Below, in pieces: positions 56,460-64,000 of a stretch of 64,000 bases of DNA. Under the pieces are notes generated by a model. It had not been told where the DNA came from, made no database searches, and saw only the letters and a list, made by a program, of their open reading frames with translations. Every line of letters starts with the position of its first letter. Position 1 is the stretch's first letter. Location: assembly GCF_006345805.1 (NCBI RefSeq), contig NC_043003.1, forward strand, positions 8,494,001 through 8,558,000. Reading direction: 5' to 3'. This stretch comes from Octopus sinensis (lineage: Eukaryota). The position numbers and the translations under genes are program-made.

Positions 56460-56886
56460 AATCCTTTCCGCTAAAAATACAAGGCCTTAAATTTTGACTA
56501 CATCGAACCCAGTGCTTCAATGGTACTTATTGTGGTGCCCAATAATTGCGGCTTGTTTTCAACAAATTTTATTCAACAAAAGCAATAACAATATTTAATG
56601 AAAAATCTTTAAACGACGGTCTGACAAACAAATGGGAAGCAGTAATTGAAGCAGATGGTGAATATACTTCGGAATAATCATTTAAAGATGTTTTTGTTAC
56701 ATGTTGTTATTGTTTTTGTTGAATAAAATCCGCAATAATTAAGCACCAGCTCAATAATTTATCGACCTAGAAAGGATGAAACGCAAAGTCGACCTCGGCG
56801 GAATTTGAACTTAGAACGTAAAAATGGATGAAACGCCACTTAGCATTTTGTCCGGCGTGCTAACGATTCTGCCAGCTCGCCGCCTT
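56460..56886 (-). mobile_element. SINE family C interrupted by a mariner-derived element
   Basis: SINE pieces at 56460-56530 and 56755-56886 join across the insert. Confidence 0.7.
56533..56748 (+). mobile_element. Mariner-derived MITE or internal-deletion derivative
   Basis: Imperfect TIRs TGGTGC..AATTGCGG..TTATTCAACAAAA and TTTTGTTGAATAA..CCGCAAT..GCACCA. Internal peptide GLTNKWEAVIEADGEY resembles the mariner C-terminus. Confidence 0.75.
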
Positions 56887-57432
56887 CATACGGTTTATAA
56901 TAATATATTGCATTTTCTTACAGTATAGTCTAATTGTTTTGTTTTTTGTGTGCTGCTAAATATTATTTCAAGTAATAGGTTAGTCTAGGTGGTCTCAGAA
57001 GCACCGGTTTTAAGTTTGAATTCCTTTTAATCGAATTAGGTTTCTGGGATCCTACAAAAAATGCTTTATGCAGGAGCAGGATACAAACAGGTTATCATGA
57101 AACTGGCTCCCAAAACTGAGCTCCCCATATCTTGCTAACAAATCGCTTTCTAATTACGTTTTGTGCATTATTTAAGTAAGTTTTATCCCTTAATAACTCT
57201 TACATGCAAAGCTGGATGCATTATGATATAAGAATATAATACTTTTCGTCGCTATTTAAGATAAACTAAACTATGAGTCGATAAGTAAGTAACGTTTTTC
57301 ACACGGACTACTGCAGTCCTTTAATCTGACAATCAAAGCATTGCTAATCGAAGTCGACGAATTCTTGTTTTCTCACGGCTAACATATTGATTTGGTTATC
57401 AAAAGATTTCTTACAACAAGACGCAACTATTT

Positions 57433-58448
57433 TCATGTGTCAAATGAAGGCGATATAGTTCTTTGTGCACGAGGCTTCATCCAGTTCTCCACAAACAGGC
57501 AGCCTGCTAAGAATATACACACGGCCAGTAATGATGCTCCTAAGGAGCTGGCCAAGGCCACGATATTGCTTTCCTCTTGTTTACTATACATGCTCTGGAC
57601 CATTTGCATACTTTCTCCTTCATTCGAGGAGAGACCGAGGAGCTTGCAACCTTTTACAAACGTAAGATCTTCATCGAACAGTCCATCCCCATCGTCGTCC
57701 TTTTGATTATTCAGTTCTTCGTCTGTCCTACTGTCGCAGTCGTCGTCGATGCCGTTACCCAAATTTAACCTATACAGAGTGGATAGTTGTATGTTGGTCA
57801 ACAATGCTATATCGGATGGCTTCAGCCATGTGAAAGAATCGGTAATTAAATTTCGCTTTATATTCGGAGAAGAAATCGATTCTAAAATCGAAATCAAAGT
57901 TAAGTTTGGACAATTAATCGTTGGAAAAGAATGTATCGGAAATGGATACATTCGCTTAAAAGTTTGGTTCACCATCCCGAAATAACCATAAAATGACACA
58001 GATTTGAAATTTTTTCGCATTGTTGAATTTTTACTCTGATTTGGGTAAGTAGTAATCGACCATTCCGCTATGTAACGATTGTAAACCGTGAAATGTTTAG
58101 AGTTCTTCAATACTGGCACTGACAAAAGATTTGGTGTCGCTTCAGTAGAACCATTGCAGTGATTATAAAGAATGAAAATAAAGGTTTGATAGACACTGCT
58201 TGAAGCTAATAACAGATACTTTAAGTTTAAATACTGTAAAGTTGGTGGAATGCAATGCAGAGCCATTGCGTTGGGTTGGTTCATTGTGTGGTGAATGTGA
58301 GTCAACAGCAGGACACCTTTTTCCGAGTGAATAAAAGCGAAATCTCCTGCAGAAAGAGATAAAGAAAGCTGCTGTTGAGAAGCTGCTAATGTCTTGGATT
58401 GTTCTCCATTTTTTGTCCGCCATGTAATCTTGGTGTCATTTTGTAAAG
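57433..58448 (-). CDS. Last coding exon of an IgGFc-binding-like single-pass membrane protein
   Basis: Acceptor TTTTCTCTTTTCGCAG at 58449-58450 (phase 1). The frame is open to TGA at 57433. It contains an acidic linker, a TM segment NIVALASSLGASLLAVCIFLAGCLFV and an 18-aa tail. Confidence 0.8.
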
Positions 58449-58911
58449 CTGCGAAAAGAGAAAAAAAATAGGTTAATTTTGTGCAAATGCTGTAAGTGCT
58501 ATATTTATCTTCATTACTGAGCCTCTTTCAGCCAACCACATCATGCCTGCAGTTAAATGTTCTCTGCTTTGACATGGGAATACATTATCCATACATGGAT
58601 TCTTGTATACGTGTATGCCTATACAGGTATATAATTGTGTGTTTGATCATTATTTTTCGGCGTAAACGAAGTCAACGTGAGATCGAAAGGAATTCACGAA
58701 TTTCTGGGAATTAAACCTACATCAATCATGTTGTATTTTTGTCTTTCCTGATAACGCTTTTGTACCTCGTCACAGTATACACCTCTTATGCATATACGCA
58801 GAGTAAGAATGTAAAAGATTCTGCAATCGAAATTCAGCCACGGCACCAAAAGACAGAAATGGTCTCGCAAAGACAGAAGCGTCAAAAGAAATGCAAACTT
58901 ATAGTATTAAT

Positions 58912-59297
58912 GTGGAAGCACTCCGTCGGTTACGACGACGAGGTTTCTGGTTGATCCGAATCAACGGAACAACCTGCTCGTGAAATTAACGTGTAAGTGG
59001 CTGAGCACTCCACAGACACGTGTACCCTTAACGTTGTTCTCGGGGATATTCAGTGTGACACAGAGAGTGACAAGGCCGGCCCTTTGAAATACAGGTACAA
59101 CAGAAACAGGAAGTAAGAGTGAGAGAAAGTTGTGGTGAAAGAGTACAGCAGGGATCACCACCATCCCCTGCCGGAGTCTCGTGGAGCTTTAGGTGTTTTC
59201 GCTCAATAAACACTCACAACGCCCGGTCTGGAAATCGAAGAAGCAATCCTATGACAGCGAGTCCGCTGCCCTAACCACTGGGCCATTGCGCCTCTAC
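58912..59297 (-). mobile_element. SINE family E (intronic)
   Basis: Homologous to 15402-15785. Confidence 0.85.
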
Positions 59298-59374
59298 AGT
59301 ATTAATGTATGAATGTATTAAATGAAAAGCAGACAATTTACAAATAGTTTTTTCTGAGTAGGGTATTCATTTAT

Positions 59375-59999
59375 TCTTTTACTTCTTTCAGTCATTTGAT
59401 TGCGGCCATGCTGGAGCACCGCACCGCACCCCCTTTAGTCGAAAAACCCAACCCCATGACTTATTCTTTGTAAGCCTAGCACTGATTCTAGCGGTCCCTT
59501 TTGCCGAACAGCTAAGTTAAGGGGACGCACACACACCGTCATCGGTTGTCAAGCGATGGTGGGAGGGGACAAGCACAGACACACAAACATATACTCTCTT
59601 TTACTCTCTTTTACTTGTTTCAGTCATTTGACTGCGGTCATGCTGGAGCACCGCCTTTAGTCGAGCAAATGGACCCCGGGACTTATTCTTTGTAAGCCCA
59701 GTACTTATTCTATCGGTCTCTTTTGCCGAACCGCTAAGTGATGGGGACGTAAACACACCAGCATCGGTTGTCAAGCAATGCTAGGGGGACAAACACAGAA
59801 ACACAAACACACACATATATATATATACATATATACGACAGGCTTCTTTCAGTTTCCGTCTACCAAATCCACTCACAAGGCATTGGTCGACCTGGGGCTA
59901 TAGCAGAAGACACTTGCCCAAGATGCCACGCAGTGGAACTGAACCCAGAACCATGTGGTTGGTAGGCAAGCTACTTACCACACAGCCACTCCTGCGCCT
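59375..59999 (-). mobile_element. SINE family D: full copy at 59595-59999 plus a 3' half at 59375-59590
   Basis: Reverse complement of the consensus. Confidence 0.88.
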
Positions 60000-60354
60000 A
60001 TATATATATATATAGGAGGGGCTTCTTTCAGTTTCCGTCTATGTATGTATGTACCCTTACAGAGCATTTTCAAGAGTTTGGAAAGTATGAAATCACCTTT
60101 TAGACAATATTATTCCAAGGTGTACTTCAACCCGGATTGGCCGCGTCTATCAGGGTCCCAGCATATGGCACAGCTCAGTCGAAATAATAACCCTTACATT
60201 GTTATATGTTTTCTCAAATGATTTTAACGTCGTTTACGTTTTCTTAGAATCCTACATAAACAGAATTTACTGTATCACTTGTATGGATGGTAATGATGCA
60301 CGTGCCTTTCTTTCTAGTTTCACTTGTGTATTTCTAGTGTGTGAAAGATTAAGT

Positions 60355-60818
60355 TGATCTCGACAGAATATGAACTCAGAACATAGCGACGGGCTTATAC
60401 CTATTTCTTTACTATCCACAAGGGACTAAACACAGAAGGGACAAACAAGGACAGACAAACGTATTAAGTCGATTATATCGACTCCAGTGCGTAACTAATA
60501 CTTAATCTATCGACCCCGAAAGGATGAAAGGCAAAGTCGACCTCGGCGGAATTTAAACTCAGAACGTAACGGCAGACGAAATACCTATTTCTTTACTACC
60601 CACCAGAGGCTAAATACAGAGAGGACAAACAAGGACAGACAAATGGATTAAGTCGATTATATTGACCCCAGTGCGTAACTGGTACTTATTTAATCGACCC
60701 CGAAAGGATGAAAGGCAAAGTCGACCTCGGCGGAATTTGAACTCAGAACGTAACGGCAGACGAAATACCGTTTGGCATTTCGCCCGGCGTGCTAACGAAT
60801 CTGCCAGCTCGCTGCCTC
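60355..60818 (-). mobile_element. SINE family C with internal tandem bodies
   Basis: Reverse complement of the 49834-50575 structure. Confidence 0.85.
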
Positions 60819-61805
60819 AATAGTAATAATAATAATAATAATAATGAACGCACATACACAATGTATGTGCTTTGCTAGTTAGTCATCGGTGGGTTGCGTG
60901 AGGGGAAAGTCAGTCCCAGACGGACAAGACAACTCAGTCAAGCTTCGTTCAGGGTCGATGGACATCGTTGTGTCGTTAATTTTGTGACTTTATTAACATC
61001 ACAAATCCGAACCGAACCTGATGCAACTTGAACAGCTTGTCAATGATTATATGTAAAAAAGTGCAAGAACCGTTTGCTGGTAAGCCCGAATGATGCATAC
61101 GTGAGGATAAATTCAAATATGGGTTCGAAGCAGCTCGAGTGCTGTACACAATATCGAACAGGCATACACTCTATTTGTGCTAGATCGTCTGTCGGCTGCG
61201 TGAGGGGAGAAACAATTGAATATAACGAAAGACGAGGCGATATAAGTTGTATTACAGTTTTCCCTGAAGGGAGAGAATAAGATTGCAGAATATTTTACCT
61301 TTGAGACAATTAAAAGTGACGTGGACGGTGCGAATATATTACAGTGTACATCAATTTTCATCTTGGTGTGAATAAAAGGTGAAAACTAATGTTAAGAAAA
61401 TTACGGAATATATATGGAGGTATAAACTTGAACAAAATCAAAGGAAGACGAAGAAAACGAAAAGAAAATCTGAACATTAAAATAATGACTTCATTTATAG
61501 ACCAGAGAATTTAGCAGCTCTGGTAGATTGCGTTTGAAATTTCATTAGCGTATCTTTTAAGGAGATATACGACCATCACTGTCTAATAAATAGCCAACCA
61601 CGCGTTAGCGTTAATAGAAAGTCAGCCGGAAGATTTTTAATAAAAAGATCTTTTAAAATTTGTATATATCTTCTCTTGTCTTCTATTATCGTCTCTGACC
61701 TATATCAGTCATTGGACTCCGACCATGCTGGAACACTGCCTTGAAGGATTATAGTTGAACCAGTCAATACCAGTAGTAACTTTTCTTAAAAATAATAAAT
61801 GCTCC

Positions 61806-62038
61806 CTTTTAAAGCCTAGCCAGGCTCATGGGCCCGGTTTCCCGGTTCCTATGGCGTATGTGTTCCCCAGCTGGACGAGACGCCAGTCCATCGCAGCGTT
61901 GCTCATTTTTGCCAGCTGAATGGACTGGAACAACGTGAAATGAAGTGTTTTGCTCAAGAACACAACGCGTCGCCTGGTCCAGGAATCGAAACCACAATCT
62001 TACGATCATGATGCTGACACCAAGCCATACGCCTCCAC
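61806..62038 (-). mobile_element. tRNA-derived SINE with a V-domain-like segment
   Basis: Minus strand reads GGTTTCGATTCCTGG..TTCTTGAGCAAAACACTT..GCGATGGACTGGCGTCTCGTCCAG. Confidence 0.7.
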
Positions 62039-62234
62039 AGTCACTTTTCTTACGTTCTGGTATTTATTCTAGCTGTCTCTTTTTCGAAACCATTAAATTA
62101 CGGATACATGCAGACAGACCACCATCTGCTGCCAGGTGATGGGCGGCAGACAAACATCGCATACACACGGGAGTGGGAGAAATAGTTTTGATTTTGATAT
62201 TTTTAAAGTTTGAACACGAAGTAGAAAAGTGTCA

Positions 62235-62580
62235 TTGGGCGTCTTCTGCTGTAGCCTCGGGCCGACCAAAGCCTTGTGAGTGGATTTGATAAACGGAAAC
62301 TAAAAGAAGCCCATTGTATATGTGTGTTTCTGTGTGTGCATGTATGTGCGCGTGTGTGCATGCGTGTGTGTGTGTGTGAGTATGTACATTTTTGCGTCTG
62401 TGTCTGCCCCACACACACCCCCATCACTTGGCAACTGGTTTTTGTGTATGTTTAGGCCCCCGTAACCTAGCGGTTTGGCAAATGAGGCAGATAGAATAAA
62501 TACCGGAATCATTTGATTAAAATGCTTTAATGCGGTGCTGTAGCATGGCTGCAATCTAATGACTGAAACAAATAAAAAAT
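62235..62580 (+). mobile_element. SINE family D, 5'-truncated
   Basis: GCCTCGGGCCGACCAAAGCCTTGTGAGTGGATTTG and the family tail. Confidence 0.75.
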
Positions 62581-62627
62581 AACATATAAATAAATTAAAC
62601 GAATGATATAAAATCTAAGATATTTAC

Positions 62628-63128
62628 CCAGGATATAAAGTACTGAGTTTATCTGGATCCAGTTGGGAACATACACAAAATACTGCCCAGTTAAAGTTGA
62701 AACCGGTTGGAGTGATTCAATCATCAAAACATATTCATTGTTTTGTTGTTTTGAATATTGTCCGAAGATCACAAATACTGGCTGGTTAGCGACCAGACGA
62801 AAACCCGAGAGGCTGCATTGACATGAAATAGCAACCGTCTCAGAATCATTGAGAACTAAGACGTGAGAAGAAGGTGATGTTTTGACAAATGGTTTTAATA
62901 TTGATTTAGATGATTCATGTGATGGCGGTGTGGTTAATGTTAAAGTGGTGTTGTTGTTATAACTCATGATGACCGTGAAATTGAAATAATTCGTTCCAGG
63001 CTGCTGGGAATTTGGTAAAATCGGGATAACGTATATATATCCCAAGCTTGATAAAGAATAGACGAGATAGACGTCGTGAAGATACTCCACATAGACACTT
63101 ATCACTTGGGATGAAGATAATTTGTAGC
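62628..63128 (-). CDS. Internal coding exon (501 bp, phase 1-1), IgGFc-binding N-terminal-like domain
   Basis: Acceptor TTTTTATTTTTCAG at 63129-63130 and donor G|GTAAAT at 62627. It splices in frame to 58448. Motifs SLSSLGYIYV, LSGFRLVANQPVFVIFG and MIESLQPVSTLTGQYF resemble the IgGFc_binding family. Confidence 0.8.
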
Positions 63129-63239
63129 CTGAAAAATAAAAACGTGGCTCATTAAGTTAGAATACATCGTTGCTTTAAAAAATTATTTGGTTACATTTGG
63201 TTATTTTAGGGGACTGGAAATCGATTACATCCACCTCAA

Positions 63240-63394
63240 TTATTTACATTATTTACATTCGACGGATATTTGTCCTCATATTGTTTGTTGTTAACACAAC
63301 GTTTTGGCTTATATACGCTCCAACCTTCTTCAGGTGTCTTGAGGAAATTTCGAAACTGGGTTCTCATTCCTAAGGTATTTTTCGATGTTGTTGC

Positions 63395-63471
<77 letters not shown>

Positions 63472-63693
63472 TCGTTACCTGGAATCGAACTCGGAATCTT
63501 GCGGTTTGTAGCTCGCGCTCATAACCACTATGCCATATACCCTTTCTCAAGATACTTGAAGAAGGCTGTAGGGTTTATGAGCCGAAATGTTGTGTTAACA
63601 ACAAACAAGATGAGGACAAATATCCATCAAATGTAAATAATGTAAATAATGTAAATAATGTACATAATTCCTCATCTCTTAAATATAGAACTG
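63240..63693. mobile_element. Inverted pair of the tRNA-headed hammerhead element (full minus arm, 5'-truncated plus arm), degenerate
   Basis: Homologous to 38322-38852. HHR remnants at ~63294-63337 (minus) and ~63551-63596 (plus). Confidence 0.75.
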
Positions 63694-63699
63694 TATCGA

Positions 63700-64000
63700 C
63701 CTCAATGTTCTACTGGTATTTATTTCATCGACTGCAAATGAATGAAAGGTAAAGTCGACCTCGAGAGAATTTGAGCTACTAAGCATTTTTTCCGGCATGC
63801 TAACGTTTCTCCTAGTTCGCCACCTTAATATCCTTCCTATTATAGGCAAAAGACATGAACTTTTGTGGTTGGGTGGAGAGCTAGTCGAATATGTCGACAC
63901 CATTGCTTTACTAGCACTTGTTTTATCGACCCCGAGTGTATGAAAGATGAAGTCAACCTCAGAAGATCTTCAACTCAGTACGTGTAGAACCGGAAGAAAT
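63700..64000 (-). mobile_element. SINE family C fragments
   Basis: ATGAAAGGTAAAGTCGACCTCG and related segments, present twice. Confidence 0.6.

Overview
This is AT-rich, repeat-dense eukaryotic DNA. The SINE families and microsatellite spectrum suggest an Octopus-like cephalopod (inference). The only host gene I can support is the 3' part of a minus-strand spliced gene (exons 62628-63128 and 57433-58448), encoding an IgGFc-binding-like ectodomain, a C-terminal transmembrane helix and a short tail. The rest is tRNA-derived SINEs, decayed LINEs (RTE, CR1-type, and a near full-length R4/Dong-type RLE element inside a (TAA)n array), Tc1/mariner relics and microsatellites. Most six-frame ORFs are microsatellite or SINE noise. 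The main discovery is a set of non-coding elements carrying minimal type I hammerhead ribozyme (HHR) motifs. The largest is a 5.1-kb array of ~444-bp units (19264-24406) with 11 complete HHR motifs in two divergent arms, whose breakpoints fit a single twin-primed insertion of a concatemeric RNA. At least four other unrelated HHR families occur, including core variants (G3:C8 swap, U4C, A6U) and a tRNA-headed SINE-like element with an HHR. Most are arranged as head-to-head palindromes, often beside (TA)n. Together they look like a retrozyme / Penelope-mobilised ribozyme-element system. All ribozyme calls are motif and base-pairing inferences made by eye, with no activity shown.
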